A stretch of 63,994 nt of DNA, filler included, from Porpidia crustulata (GCA_964255105.1; 17 parts of 17 records of this genome joined end to end with filler, not necessarily neighbours in it); one strand, 5' to 3'. Shown: positions 13,003 through 26,989, counted from the whole stretch's first letter. Program-made: numbers and translations. Notes: generated by a model not told the origin, from the sequence alone.

Positions 13003-16000
13003 GGTAGAGATAAAATTGAGATGGAGAGATGCTTTGCCTCCAGACCTCGTCTTTACACGCAGTATCAGCATACATGACAGAAGGCGTTATCAAGACTTAA
13101 TTGAGACTTGGATGTAGGACATGATGATAAGAAAGGGCGCTATGGAATAGGACTGCAAATGGGCAAACGTCGGATCCGAAAGCAGACAACGAGTGTGATG
13201 GGATTATTTTGAAACAATAAGAAGTTTGCGTCTTTCTTCCAGAGTCTTTGGCATTTGGGAAGTAGATCATATTAATAACGGTAAGACAATACAACTTGAC
13301 AAGAATCGAATTTACAATGTATTCCTGAAATTGCTTTAACGATTCGATTCTATGAACGCATGGAAGCTGGGTTAATTGTCATTCTGTCCACGCAGTAAGT
13401 TCATCACTTTTCGTGATCACTTGAAGATGAGAATGAACACTCGTTGTCCTCAAGTACGGAGTATCGTAGAAGACATATGATTCTTCTCGATTGTCTTGGT
13501 GAGAAACATCAAGCACAAAGTATCTCGAGGTCGAAAGAAGCTGTGCGTGCACTGACCAACTCTGAGACTAGCCCTATGAAAATGCCCCTGGAATCAAAAG
13601 CCGTTAGAAAGCAGTGACCGATGAAGATGTGAATGAAATGAGATCGTTGTTTTGCATTGTTGCGGACAGAATCTATCGCCATCAAAATTGCTTCTGGTGG
13701 CCTCGACACTACGAGCTTTGCAGCTTTTGATTCCGACTCTAGGGCTTTTCACCTCGCCACTCAACTATCGCGAAGCTCGCATAGTCCTCCCTCTCTGAAC
13801 TCACAATTGTAATGGGTAAATGGCGACTGGTACCGTACATTGGACAGGCTACGTGGTCTGGAAGAGCCGTGGAATACTTTCAATTCGCACTAATAACAAA
13901 AATTCTAGCACAATGCCTAACAAATGGTCCTGGGAGGACAAAGCTTGCGCGTACAAGTCTTGATGCATAGGATCACTTAAGTTAAAGTGGAAATCAAGCT
14001 CAATAGTAGGTACCATGGTAAATTATTGCTGCATTGCTGTCCTCTCAAATTGCTGCATTGTTTGCAGAGAAAACATTGATGAATCCACTGTGTTAAGTGT
14101 TTCTCAATCTATCACACTGTTCATCTATCTGCTTATCGTTTCTTAGATCATGCTGACTTAAAAACCATACTACATATGTTCAGTTTCCATTGAAGTTTCA
14201 CTGGCACTTATGCGATGATTGTACATTATTATATGAATCTTAATGACCAACAGAAAATCTCTTCTACACACTTTCTTTATTAAATATGTTTGCGTGCTTC
14301 GATAGCGAACAAGAAGCTTTAGACTTTGTTACCATCCGTTCAAAAGCACATGAGACTTCCTGGTAGCTAGTTCTGATTAATCTTCCTACTGTCAATTCTA
14401 AACTGTTCAAAGTCTCATTCTTAAATTTTCCAAGGTTGCTATATATATTGAAAAGGACCCCAATGTATATCAGGAAGACCAGCATGTCGGCTTGGTGACA
14501 AAGAAAATCTTCATTTACTCAGCGGACTCAATACTGCAACAGAATGCATCCTGTATCAGTCTTCACATCCTACCTTTGTAGGATAGGCCGGAAGGGGGCC
14601 AGGAGACCGTCAAAATCTGCACCATCGGAAGTGTCAGAGTATCGTGTTTTTATCCGACCTTATCTCGTCCAACATGTTACCTACAACACAAAGTGGATTT
14701 CAGTCATGTTAACAACCTGAATGTCTCGAGCACACACATTGTCTCCGACACCTACGAAACGAGGCATATAACACTCCGATTGATGACCATCACCCAGCCA
14801 TATATAATTCTACAGACTTCTCTATACTCAGAGCTTTCTTCCTTGTACAAACCACCTCTTCAATCTCAATCAATCTAGATATTCCATTACTACAGCACAT
14901 TTCCTCTGGGAGCAGTATCTTTCGAAAGGCAAAACACAGAACCTCCCAGCCATTCCACAGACCGTCATCTCATCCCACCAACTTCACCGACTCGAAGAGC
15001 ATCCGCGACTATGTGTCTCTCCGACTGTTGTTACAAACCGTATGACTCCCACTACGGACGGGACAGCAACAACCTCCCACCATCCCGGCCTGTTTATAAT
15101 GNNNNNNNNNNNNNNNNNNNNNNNNNNNNNNNNNNNNNNNNNNNNTTAATTAATTAANNNNNNNNNNNNNNNNNNNNNNNNNNNNNNNNNNNNNNNNNNN
15201 NGGGATGAGGTGGGGTGGGTTGATGATGTGTAATGTTTGCGAACCAGAAAATGGGTGCAGTAAACTAATTTCTACCAGGGCTTTTTCTGCAGTCGTCGTC
15301 GATCGGAGGGTCATGAGTATATTCCACCATCGTCGGAAAAATACAAGTCTCATCTCAAGCGTTCAATACGTATTTGTCGCATCGACTGGAAGAGCCTTGA
15401 CATCTTAAAGCGGCCACACATATTGTGTGGGCTCTCCGACAACGAACGTGGGGTAAGACACCGAGATGCAAGTACTGTTTCAGTGGGAAAGTGTGGCTTT
15501 CGGAATAAGGAAATCATACTTTAGCCTCGACAGATCCATCTGCTTACAAAGTGGCCTGACCAGACCTGTCTCACACGCGGACTTGAAGCCACTTAGCCGG
15601 TAAACATTTTCAAACACCGCAAGAAGTGCCAAGGCAATCGTGCGCGCTATCTGCCCAGATTAAATCGCTCTGTCGGCCCACAGCCTTCCCAGAGCATGCA
15701 AGATGCTGCTTTTTCTTATCTTCCTAATGCTTTCATTGGACGTTCAAAGGCGATTAGTACAGAGACGTAATGGATTAAAGCTTTGTCACTATTTCTAGTA
15801 ATACCTGCGTCCTTTGTCGCGTGCGATATCTCACATTGTTGAGCTTTTCATCGAATGCAATGTGCCTTTTCTGGAACAATCCCTTTGTCTTCTGTTGCTC
15901 CATGACATCCCTACACATTATTTAAATTCCTATCGCTGCACTTCTATCAACTTCATAATCATTCTTGGACACTCCTAGCATCTCATATCATCTTACCAAC

Positions 16001-16955
16001 GACTGCTCCCCCAAAACTCGACTTCCATCAAATTGCAGTCAAACAAACTGTGCCATTGTTACTGCATATACCTTTATCGCGACTCGACTTTGCCCCCTTA
16101 CCTCTAAGACCACCACTTCACCCCCTGCCCCAACATTCCCGCTGGTCAATTGTCTTGTCAGCCGCTCACACAACTTTTCCTCCCCGCCAACGAATAGAAA
16201 AAAGGCCCGAAAATTCCCACCACAGAACCGCCTGGCCCCCGACATTTTCGAGAAATTCCTCAAATGTGGGCAGCCAGACAAGCACAAGCGTACGTCCGAG
16301 CTCAGGCCCAAGCGCAGGTAGCAGAGCAGGAAAGAAACCACTCGCAAGAGGAAAAATGCCGCGTGAATGAGGAGGATAGGGTTGCTGAAGTGGAAGGGAT
16401 AGCTGAAGTGGAGAGGATTGCTGATGTGGGGAGGGAGGCGACGGTGGAGAGCGATGGTCGGGGGGTTAGAGATGGGTTAAGGGGTGAGGAGGTGGGTTTG
16501 GAGTGATGGCTGACTGGTGATAGAACGTCGAGACATCACTCTTAGGTCATTTGCCTCAATGTTAAGACGTTACGATTGATGAAATCATCATGTGAGTCGT
16601 TCAGTTCGAACTTCAAACCCCATACGATAATCATAGGACTTTAGTGTTCTTTGCCAATTATTATCCACCACAGAAGCTTTGAGCGGTCTTAGCACGTAAT
16701 GTGATAACACTGTGTTATCCTATAATAATTTAGACTACCCTTGGTTCTTGTACTCAATATCGAGCTTCAGTTCATTTCCAATGTCCTAGCAAATGTCTTT
16801 TCCTAGAACAATACCTCTGTCTCTCCTTAGGTCTCCAGCGAGCTCCCATTATATCCACTCTCATTTCACTTCCTTGATATCCTCTGGACCTGCAACCACG
16901 TTCCCGGCAATACGACCAACCGAATCTCCTGAGCCATACCACAAGAATCAAAAGT

Positions 16956-17802
16956 ATGTGCCGTTCTCACGAAGTCTACCGGTCACGCTCTCACCTCTGG
17001 CTTCATCACACAGAGATATGCGAGAACGAACTCAGGGGCTGCTGTACAGCCAAGTATCAAGATCCGCCTCGCGAGCGCTTGGGGAACTGTGCGGATCGTC
17101 CTCCGTTGATCAACGCACCTTTGACGCCTGAGCGATTTGAAGCACTCGCAGCGAGGGAAAAGGCAGACCGCATTGCACGCCAGCAACCGACGGCTCAGGA
17201 GGCACAAGCTGTGCGGCAGGCTGAGAAGAAGCGACGAAGACCAAGTCATGCAGAAGCCAAGCTGCATACACAAACAAAAACGCCTGTAGGTCTCAGCCAC
17301 GAGGCTCAGCAAGATTGGACGGAAATGAAGAAATCCATCGAAGCGAACTGGGCCGCCTTAGTGGATCGCATGATGGAAATCCGCGCTGAGGCTCCGAAAC
17401 AACCGGAGGCTCAGAGGCCAGCCAGCCAGTCCTGGCGGATGTACAAACGACGAGAGCCGAAAGTACGGGATGAGGCTGAACCGTATAAAGTGGCCGGGAA
17501 GAAACGATCGGCTGAGGCGCTAAAGCAAGGTGAGGCTGATGGAGCTGCTGGATCGAGTGGGGCGGGGAAACGTTGGAAATGCAATGAGAGGGGGAGACTA
17601 TCCGTGGGTTGTGAGGTCGAGGCCTAGGGCCAGTGAGGTGCGGAGGCAAGGAACTCCTGAACTAGGGACGTCAGAGTCAGTAACGCCAGAGCAAGTAACG
17701 TCAGAGTCAGTAACGTCCGAGCAAGTAACGCCAGAGAAAATCCCGCCCGAGCAAGTCCGAGCCGCAAACAGCCTTCTACAGATGAAATACACATCGCCCT
17801 AA
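16956..17802 (+). CDS. Hypothetical protein, probably one gene split by a +1 frameshift in a G-run near 17590
   Basis: A 223-aa ORF (Cys/His N-terminus, charged helical middle) overlaps a +1-frame ORF carrying 5-aa repeats and ending AANSLLQMKYTSP. Removing one G from GAGAGGGGGAGAC fuses them. Confidence 0.45.
17668..17760 (+). repeat. 15-nt coding minisatellite, about 6 units (SESVT/PEQVT)
   Basis: TCAGAGTCAGTAACG / CCAGAGCAAGTAACG units visible in tandem. Confidence 0.85.
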
Positions 17803-18989
17803 CAACCGAAGCGAAATAATCATTCCATTCATCCATAAGAAAACAGATACCAAGGACCTTCGGCGCTCCAGCGAGTACCTTAACTAGCTTTGTTTCTTTT
17901 CTTTTTTTTTCTAAGGTTTGACAATGGGCTGACTTTGAGGGGTAGGAAGCTGAGATATTTGTGGGGTCTTGGGGTTTCATGATTTTAGGGTGGAGATTGT
18001 TATTGCTGGTTTTGTTTGACTTGGGGAGGTTGGAGAAGTTTGAGCAGGTTTTAGTGTTTTTTGATTTATCCCATGGCTTGATACTCGCTAATATAAGGTT
18101 TTTTGAATCATCAGCGTGTCTTTTCATGATGGGATGGAATGGATGTCTCGTCTCTAGAGCAGACGAGTATCTAACAAGCACGAGATACTCAAACTCTAGC
18201 AATTCAAACCCACCCATACCTTCCCTTACTTTACTTGCTTGCATACAACATTGCATATACACTTATACCACCATCCCGAATCCCCTAAATCTCAAAAAAA
18301 ACAACAACAACGCAAAACTAACACCATACATACCATCAACCGCCATTTCTCACAAAAATCAACATTTTCGAAGAAAGTTTTATATCCCGAGGAAATCATG
18401 TACGACGATGATGGTGATGATGAGATTCCGCACGGTGCTTATTTTTCTGAGATGCGGGTGGTAATGGTATGGTGGTGATATAGTTTAAGGACTTTTTTTG
18501 TATCTATTCGATGGTGTTGTTTTGGTGCATGCTTTTGGTTTTTCTTGGTTTGTGACGATAGGTCTCTCTCTCTTTTCTACTAAAGAAAAAGATGAGAGCG
18601 GAGTTTCGATGGGGGTTATAGCGATAGTATTGTGAATAGAAAAAAAAAGTTTGTGGGACCTCCTTTGTGCGACGTCTTGATGCGGTCTTGTGCGAGATAT
18701 CGTCGCGGTCTGTGTTGGATCCTCTGCGCTCTAATCCTGATCTGTATGAGTATCGAAATTTTCATCCACAACATCTTTACGCTCACCATCTAAGCCCCCA
18801 AGACGCTCCAATTCCAAAATCAACCATATCACAAACCGAATCCTACAAACCTGCTTCTACCAAAAGTCCCTCTCCACCCTTTCTACCCCNNNNNNNNNNN
18901 NNNNNNNNNNNNNNNNNNNNNNNNNNNNNNNNNTTAATTAATTAANNNNNNNNNNNNNNNNNNNNNNNNNNNNNNNNNNNNNNNNNNNN

Positions 18990-19134
18990 CGGTAGCGAAT
19001 TTCGAGAGCTTCGCTATCAGCTCATTCCTTCGCTCGGGCGGCATCAAGCTGTCCAGCCAGCTTTTGCCTTTGTTCAAGACGCCGGTAACCGAGCCCTGGA
19101 GGCTGCCGGTCAAGCCACTGACCATTTCCGCCAT
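18990..19134 (-). CDS. Promethin/LDAF1-family protein, N-terminal fragment
   Basis: WLDSLMPPERRNELIAKLSKFAT matches the N-terminal pattern of fungal promethin-like proteins. Truncated by the linker. Confidence 0.6.
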
Positions 19135-20548
19135 TTTTGATCGAGCCGTGGATTACACAGTGGTGGCTAGGGGGCGAAGCGGGGATTGGGGCGTTTTCCA
19201 AGAGAAGAGGCGAGATCGGTAGCAGGCGGCAAGTCGATGAGATGAGATGTAGGAGACGGTGGAAGAGACTGAGAATGTAGTCGAGAGGCCTTCAAGACGC
19301 GTGTAGAGAATTTTGCATATGGTAGAGCAATCTGTGTATTTCTCGTTGAGGAAATATCAGTGTTGCAAAACCAAGATTTAGGCGCGCGTTCTAGGCCATG
19401 ACGTCGAATTGGTGATCGGCGCAAGCATTAACTTTGCCAACAGCGTTGCACAAACGCTTATGTGTACCCAAGAAGTGTTACAAGATAGATTGATAATTTC
19501 CTCTACTCTCCCATCTGTACTACTACTCAAACCTCGACATATGCCTCAACACCTGTGTCACCAATTTCCACGTGGAATCTGACCTGGGTGGTCCTGCTGC
19601 AGCCACGACCATGTCCTTTAGCGACAAGGCTTGACTGCTGGGGGGCCGACTGCGAGGCCGTGCCTTCAGCTCGCTTTGCTAGACCTATCATACGCCCACT
19701 ACCTTTAGACTCAGACTCATGCATTGGGGCCGGTCAGCCCAGCCACGAGTACCTTGCCTACAGCTCTAGACCGAGAGAAGGAGAGGATCGAGAAGGAGCC
19801 GTTTCAATAGCAGGCTGAGTGAGGAAGGCTGAATTGAACATTTTACTCGATGAGTAACGGCAGAACTAGATGAAACAGCCCAGGCTGAGGAACATGCATT
19901 TCAGCGATCATTTTCATTGGCGCAAGTAATTGATTAATACGACGTGAGTAAAAGTATCGTTTAAGTGTCCTCTCGGGCACTCGCAGCTTATCGTATTGTG
20001 TGCCCTGCAGGGCGGGGTAATTCGATATCTTTGCCCTACCGACTCCCTCAATACCTTACCCTACCCTACCTGACTTTACTACTTACCTTGGATATCATCC
20101 CTTAGCTACCAAACCTCCTAGCTTACCGACTTGCTTCAGATCACCTCCAGGCTGAGCATGTTCTAATCGTGCAAGAGTCATCCCTCGTCCCTCATTATCC
20201 CTCAACTTCCTCAACCTCCTCAACCCACAACCTAGACATCGCATTCACATCCGGTGTACATGTCGTATGGTTCGCATGCAAGGCACTGGGATCCCACCAT
20301 CGACCAAAGCATTTTCTTCATGTGATGTTCTATAGCGTAATTCACTGATGATTTCACACCTTCGTTCTTGGCACACAGCCTGTCCATGAATTCATCGAGT
20401 GTGTGAGAGAACTGCCTTGCCGTGGATGTATGTTCAGTCTTGTAGCCTGGTAGTATTTATATGACACTTCGGTCTCTGTTGCAATACTTTTGGCATCACC
20501 TTCCCCAGTGTGTTTCCTTATTGCAGGCAGACTTCACCCCCATCAATC

Positions 20549-22676
20549 ATGTCAATTTCTAGTTTCATCAGTCGTGCAACGTCCATTGCAAGCTTTCGCT
20601 CTGCCAGGTCTACCAGATCCTCTGTAAACGGAGATCTCTCGTTGGAGACAATACCAAGGCTTTCCAATGCTGCCAGCAGTTCACGACCACATTTCTCAAA
20701 AGCTGAGACGCTAGGCCTGAGGATACAAGAAGACATAGACAATGGTCAATATGAATGCGGGATTTGTATCGACAAGGTGGACCGAGACAGTGCCATATGG
20801 TATTGTAAGATCTGCTGGAACATCTGCCATCACAATTGTATGCAAAGCTCTGCAGCCGGTGTAGCAAACAGAACAGTTGCAATTGGACATAAATGGAAAT
20901 GTCCTTCCTGCAGAGCAGTATATGCCGGTCCACCCAAACTGACTTGCTGTGAGTCGTCCCAGCCGTGGTTGAGTCCTTGGCTGATGGTGATATTGTATAG
21001 GGTGTGCGGCCTCGGTAGGATTTGTCCAAGACAATGCACATCCTCCAAATTCATGTGGCTCCGTGTGCTCCAAAGCACTATCTTGTTCACATCGTTGCTT
21101 GCAAATCTGCCACGCAGGACCCTGTGATGCATGTCCACAGCGGTGCAAGCCAAGAATACCAAAGGTGGAGATCAAATTATTGCAAAAGGCACCGAAAGCC
21201 GCCCTAGCAGCCGATCGGAATGGACTTGTCGGTAACGCTGCCGATGTTGAGCGTGCTGCTCCTCGGCGGAGAGTACCTCGTAACCCAAGTACCTCGGTTG
21301 TTTTCGGTATTTGCAAACGTCATGTTTGCTGTATTATTTTCAACATTCTTCTTGTAGCCGCTATAGGGATATTAACCCGCGTGGTTGTGGAACCATTCAA
21401 TCACAAGGGTTGGGCTGAGAACAATAAAGCGATCAGGGCATACTGGACCATTTTGGGTATTGTCGGATATCTGATAAGCTGCGTCAACTATTATTCTATC
21501 CGTGCATTCCAAAAGACCGGGATCGAGATTGAGAGTCAAATGAGGAGGCGTTGGCCTGGTCTATCGCCAGTTGGGAAGAATCTTGAAATTCCATGGCGAA
21601 TTCTTCGCACGATTTTCAATGCAGTATGGATCATCTGGCCGTTCTTTTGGTACGTTTCTAATCCATGTTTGACTTGTAAAGCATATGAAGAGTGGCATCA
21701 AACCAATGTCATGTTGAAATATAGCTTCAGTTTGGTCTGATTCAATTATGAATTCACAAGACTAATCATCTTCACAGTGCCGTATTTTTCCCGATGCTTG
21801 CCCGGTTTCTATACTTTCAGGATGTCTGTTCTGGATTTGATACAAGGATCACGCTTGATATAGGTGCGAATTCTACTCACATCATGGATGAGTATCAGTT
21901 ATACTTGGTAGTATCGAATAACTAACACCTTACCAGGTGGTAGCCCAGTAGACCGAGCTGATTACCGAACCAATCCCGTCTTCCACGACCTAGGTCAGCG
22001 TGACTCTTTTCCCTATACAATGGCAATCGCAAGCAACAGAACCGACCCCTCTCACACCTCGGTGGAATTGAATTATTACGACGACTATTTCAAGGACATC
22101 TTCGGTGTCAACAAATCCCTTGGTGCTTCACTACCACCAAGAATAACAAACATAACCGATACGCGCATCGGCATGTTGATAAACCAGACCCACTACATGA
22201 GCACCGACGAGATCAATCCTTCATCCATATGTATTAAAAGGATCAAAAAAGTCTTCCACGACTGGGATAGCACGATCGAATCCGAACTCAACATCCAAAT
22301 CGACGTCGACGAGGGCCCCGGCTTCTACCGCGTCATATTCGACGATCGTCGTCAGACCTGGACATCCATAATCGACTCCCAACCCCAATACAACGGCACC
22401 ATCCTCCAAACCGGCCGCCACCTCATCTTCCCCTCCCTCGGCCTCCAAGCCCCCGACTTCACCAACTTCGCCACCAGCTGCAAGCTCGAACCCTTTTTGA
22501 AAATGTACCGCGGCACCGGCTCGGACGCGGAGCTAGCGAAGCAGAGCCAGCTGGGTTACAGGTCCAACGACGGTGACGTCGTGCTGCGCACCGTGGCGTT
22601 TGGCATCAAGCAACGCAAGCTGGAGATTTGCGCCAGGAGGAGGGATGTCGTCGCGGAGAACGGGGTGGTGCTGAGG
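20549..22676 (+). CDS. NF-X1/FAP1-type RING plus a single NF-X1 zinc finger fused to a multi-pass membrane domain, 3' partial
   Basis: Spliced model with introns 20949-21000, 21650-21777 and about 21864-21937 keeps one frame: YECGIC...IWYCKICWNICHHNC...WKCPSC, TCWC...PNSCGSVCSK...CSHRCLQICHAGPCDAC, then 3-4 hydrophobic helices and a hydrophilic C-terminal domain. Confidence 0.75.
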
Positions 22677-23596
22677 NNNNNNNNNNNNNNNNNNNNNNNN
22701 NNNNNNNNNNNNNNNNNNNNTTAATTAATTAANNNNNNNNNNNNNNNNNNNNNNNNNNNNNNNNNNNNNNNNNNNNGGGGAAAGGGGGGAAAGAGATGGC
22801 TATTTGGGGTTGGATGTGAGATTGTGGAGATATGGGAGATGTAGATGAGAAAACTGGAGTGGTTTGAGAGGGTCGGATCTATGGATTGGCAAATGCCGAG
22901 ATGGATCCTTTATGCCACCGTGGCTTTCTGCACTAGCCGTTGGGGATTGTGGACCTTGGTATCATGGAGGCCTTATCAAAATGTTCTCTTGCTTTGGGAG
23001 AGAATCAGGTGGATGAGGAAGAAGAAACCATGAAGATATGTGAAGGGTTCGAAACATATTCAATGACTTGTAGGGTTGAAAATAATCAACAGGGACGGAT
23101 GAGAAGGGAGTGTCTTGGAGGTACTGAAAAAGGAAAGGGATTTTTCTGTAAACATGAGGGAGCTGCTAAAGAGTGTCCTGCCAAGTGATAAGATGGTCTG
23201 GAGGTCCGTGGTATTGCGACAATATTTCTTCAAAGGGAAAGAACCCAGTGGTTCCGTTGAGATGCGCCGTTGTGTTCCAAGACGGACGCCTATGACATGC
23301 AAACAATCAGGCTGCATTTGGCTGATCTTGCAAGCAACAGAGCATGATGTTGTAAACAAGGATAAAGCTGTAAACACATCGGACACTTGATGCAACCAAG
23401 GGCCAACAAGGGGCAAAAGCAAATCTTGCAGGCGTATGGTCGTGGCTGGGCTCCTTACAGAAACTGTGATGTTTGGGCAGCGTCTTAGTTAATATAAGAT
23501 CATTCGTCCTGTATGATATAAATTCCCCGAGAAACGTGGCATCATAAGAGACGTGCAAGCTGAGAAAACTTCCCCCAGAAAATCGAATGGACATAC

Positions 23597-23857
23597 ATGA
23601 ATCTCGGCATAGGCTACCAAGGGCCATCCCCCAATCTGCGTGGTCGCCTCGTCCTGCGCATCGATGGCAATCTCCTGCTGCTGCTCAGGTAATCGGAGGG
23701 TGAGTTCCTGAGAAGATGGTGGAATGCCCGTGACAGGTTCTAGCTTGATCTTCAATTGAGCGATGGACCAAGAGGGGGTGATGCGGCGTTCAGACGAAGA
23801 GGCGGTGGAGGTGATGATCAATGGGATATCGCGTGCGGCTGTGAAGGTCTCGGGCAT
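23597..23857 (-). CDS. ALF1: Tubulin-folding cofactor B (Alf1/Alp11), exon 1 (ubiquitin-like domain)
   Basis: SERRITPSWSIAQLKIKLEPVTGIPPSSQ is the TBCB Ubl signature. GTATGT donor at 23596. CAP-Gly exons are not on this contig. Confidence 0.88.
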
Positions 23858-25909
23858 TGTGGCGTTCAAAGAGCACGGAGGATGGTCGAGTAAGATGGTG
23901 TCAGGGCTAAGAGATCCTTATGCCAATGGGACGACGTCAGATAAGGTAAGGCACACGATACTCGTCTAGCTGCGACTAACATCAATCGGTTCCTTACCCG
24001 GTACCCGAAGACGTGTCTTGTGTGTTCTGTCGCCAGTCCAAATATAGTGGTGGTGACAGCTAAGTAAGGTGGTCAGGTAGATGCGGAGGAGTTTAGCTGT
24101 TGATGCGTTGTTGCGAAGGCGACTTTAGGGTTTGACGTCGGGGCTTGGCACCTAACCGAGGCATTGACCGCTCATTGGCTTGAGTGGCTGATTCCCTACT
24201 GATCATTCTCCCCTAAACCACCACTCCATCTGCACTCCTACATTCCACTGCTGTACGGAGCTATCTCTTCCTGCAGCTCTGAACCAGAATTGATACTCTT
24301 GTGTGACCTGTATGACCTGGATAAGGGTGTCTCCTGGAGGCAGATCTTAGTGATATGTTATACGATGATCTCCTTGGGCCTTAGACCCTCTAGGACCAAG
24401 CACGCATGCACCTCTCCAGACGATGCTGCGCGGCCCCGAAACATCCTGGCGCGGCTCGGGCGCGAGCACATCGAAATAGGCTACTTCGAGCTGCCCACAA
24501 TCTCATTATGCCAACAACGGCTGGGCAAGCACAATAGCGTGTACTACACCGCCTGACAACGTCAAGAGAAGCATGTCCCTGCTATCTTTGGGAAGAACGG
24601 GTGACTGCCCAATTCAAACGGAACGCATCATCAGATGTGTCTTGACAGGCAGGGATTTGTTCGTTCGTCAATTCTCGCATCAACGATATAAGATCCTGCA
24701 CGAGAGGCGTCTGTGTAACCATACCAGAAATTACCTTGCGCGTTGAAGCTCTGCAAAGGTCCCACACTATCTTGCAAGATGATCTATCATATCTGCGTCA
24801 TCCGACTCGGGGCTCACCGCCTAGCGATCGAGGGTCAAAGGGTGCAATGGACACTTCATCGTGATGAGCTGTTGTTGCTAGAGCGTTCTTCAGGCCGCAA
24901 GGCGCTGATGGTCTTGTCGAAAAACACCGGACTCTGGAGACCGTAGCGATTGTTTTAAGTCGGAGATCATAGTTCGTGTTGCCTAGTACCTTGTCTTGGT
25001 GCCCGCCCTATGAGATGACAGCTCTCGGCTTTCTCACCACAATAGAGCAAATGTTATACAATGCCACCAATGACAAGCTTCTGAGCCCCTGCCTCGTACA
25101 CTAAAAAATCTCTAGCTCTTCTTGCTGTATCGCACTCTCCCCCTACTGTTTTCCTCACAGCCCCTTGCTATTTTAGTCGTTTCCCCGGATTCGCCTCGTC
25201 CTCGCCTGCATTATTTCCAGGGCAACAAGACTTGGATGATAGAACCGGGCTTGCCCAAGGTATTGCAGCCTCCTCAATCTTGCCCAGACCTACATCCGCT
25301 GCGAACAGATATGACGCAGCCCAAGATACGTCGCCTTTGATGACACTGGCACTAACTAAACTAGGCCTATGCTTGCTATCTGCATATGGCTAACCTTTGT
25401 CAGACCGACTTCATCGCTATATGATACTACCCTCGTCCAGCAGTGCGTTTCCGCAGGCACATTCTGAGCTGCTTGTATCTCATTATTTCCAAATTATGGG
25501 TTAAGTTTCTGCTATGGTCTCCACCAATATCAAACGCGAAGTCGTCCTTGCGAACGCTATTGGCTAGAGCGTTCGCCTCCTATTTCGCCCCAGTCCGAAT
25601 ATGGAACTCCAGCTCTTCCCTGAATGGAGGCATATAGACCGTCTTTTCTCCTTGCTCCTTATAGAGCGCCGTAAGACCCCTTCTTTAGGTCCATCTCCAT
25701 GCCATATCCCACCCTAACAATCAATCCCGAGCGTATTGTTTTCGAGATTGGAGAACGCTCCTTCTTAACATCGAGATTTCTAAAGCTCGTCCCCAAAATC
25801 TAAGCTTGAGCTTCTAGCCATTCTGCCGGGATTCATCTACCTTCCAGAACGATTTCCTTCGTCGTTTTCCTCATCACTTCCCTGATACTCTCCCGAAACT
25901 ATCGCCCAC

Positions 25910-26449
25910 ATGCTCCACGCATCTCTCGTCATCCCAACCGCCAAACTGGACATCGGGTCCCTCCTCACGTCCAGTCCTTCGCCTCCTCCACGTCAGAATC
26001 CTAATCCAGCAACCACCCGGCCTCCGCCTGTCCCTCGCTCCATATCAGTCCCGACCTCCGGCCCCTACCTACCCCGAGTGACCTCTCCCGCTGGTTCCTC
26101 GGCATCCCATTATTCCACATCCACCGCACCACCCCAGGGCTACGCTCAAACTCAAACCGCGCCTATCGGAGGTCATCAACCGACCCTAGGACTGAGCAGC
26201 AAACGCGGTCCTCCAACCAACCCTCATCCGTTGGCCTCTCCTGCGAAGAAGAAAGCCAAGAAATGGACAGACCGAGAGGCTGCGCTCCTGGTTTCCCTTC
26301 GCGGCGCAAACATGAAATGGGCAGACATTGCAAAGCAATTCCCCGGCCGCACCGAGACCAGCTGTCGGCTGCGCTATCAAAATTACGAGGAGAGGACCGT
26401 CACATGGGACGAGGACATGAAGGATAAGCTGGCCCGGCTCTACGAGCGG
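25910..26449 (+). CDS. Myb/SANT-domain DNA-binding protein, 3' partial
   Basis: KWTDREAALLVSLRGANMKWADIAKQFPGRTETSCRLRYQNY...WDEDMKDKLARLYER, followed by a GTAGGT donor. Pro/Ser-rich N-terminus. Confidence 0.85.
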
Positions 26450-26989
26450 TAGGTCTATCCACNNNNNNNNNNNNNNNNNNNNNNNNNNNNNNNNNNNNNN
26501 NNNNNNTTAATTAATTAANNNNNNNNNNNNNNNNNNNNNNNNNNNNNNNNNNNNNNNNNNNNAAGATAGAGGGGAGGGGGGGGGATGGTGCGGTTTTTAA
26601 TATGATTCTGGGACAGTGAGATGAACTAGGGAAAACTAGATATGGGACTGATAATGTTGGCTTTTCATCTCTGATTTTCAATGTCACTAGAAGACTCTTC
26701 CCAAAAGTCTTGACGTTTGATTGCAGACGATTTTGCCGAATTGTGCTTTCATATCAATATCAATTCCGCGAACAATTGAGTCTACTTCGATTTATCCAAG
26801 CTCATTAGGATGCTGTGCAAAACTTGAAACAAATTCTTTATGAAGCAGTCATAAACTTTTAGATTGAGTCCGCACTAAAGGGACGACAGATGTATGATCA
26901 ATGTCATGTAGTTTACCGCCATTACATTGTAAAACGACGGACGTTGTGTATACAACAAGATCGTCAAAAGAAATCAAAATCGTAAAAAG

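Noticed and set aside
13400..15101. Possible decayed minus-strand gene (stop-interrupted frame around 14264-14570)
   Set aside because: No family recognisable; cannot be distinguished from intergenic DNA.
15965..16506. Short overlapping ORFs as a paralogue of the 16956 gene
   Set aside because: Similarity is only compositional (Ala/Gln/Arg-rich); no alignable motif.
17624..18478. ORFs of 167-212 aa in GT/CA-skewed DNA
   Set aside because: Low-complexity intergenic sequence; the ORFs lack coding character.
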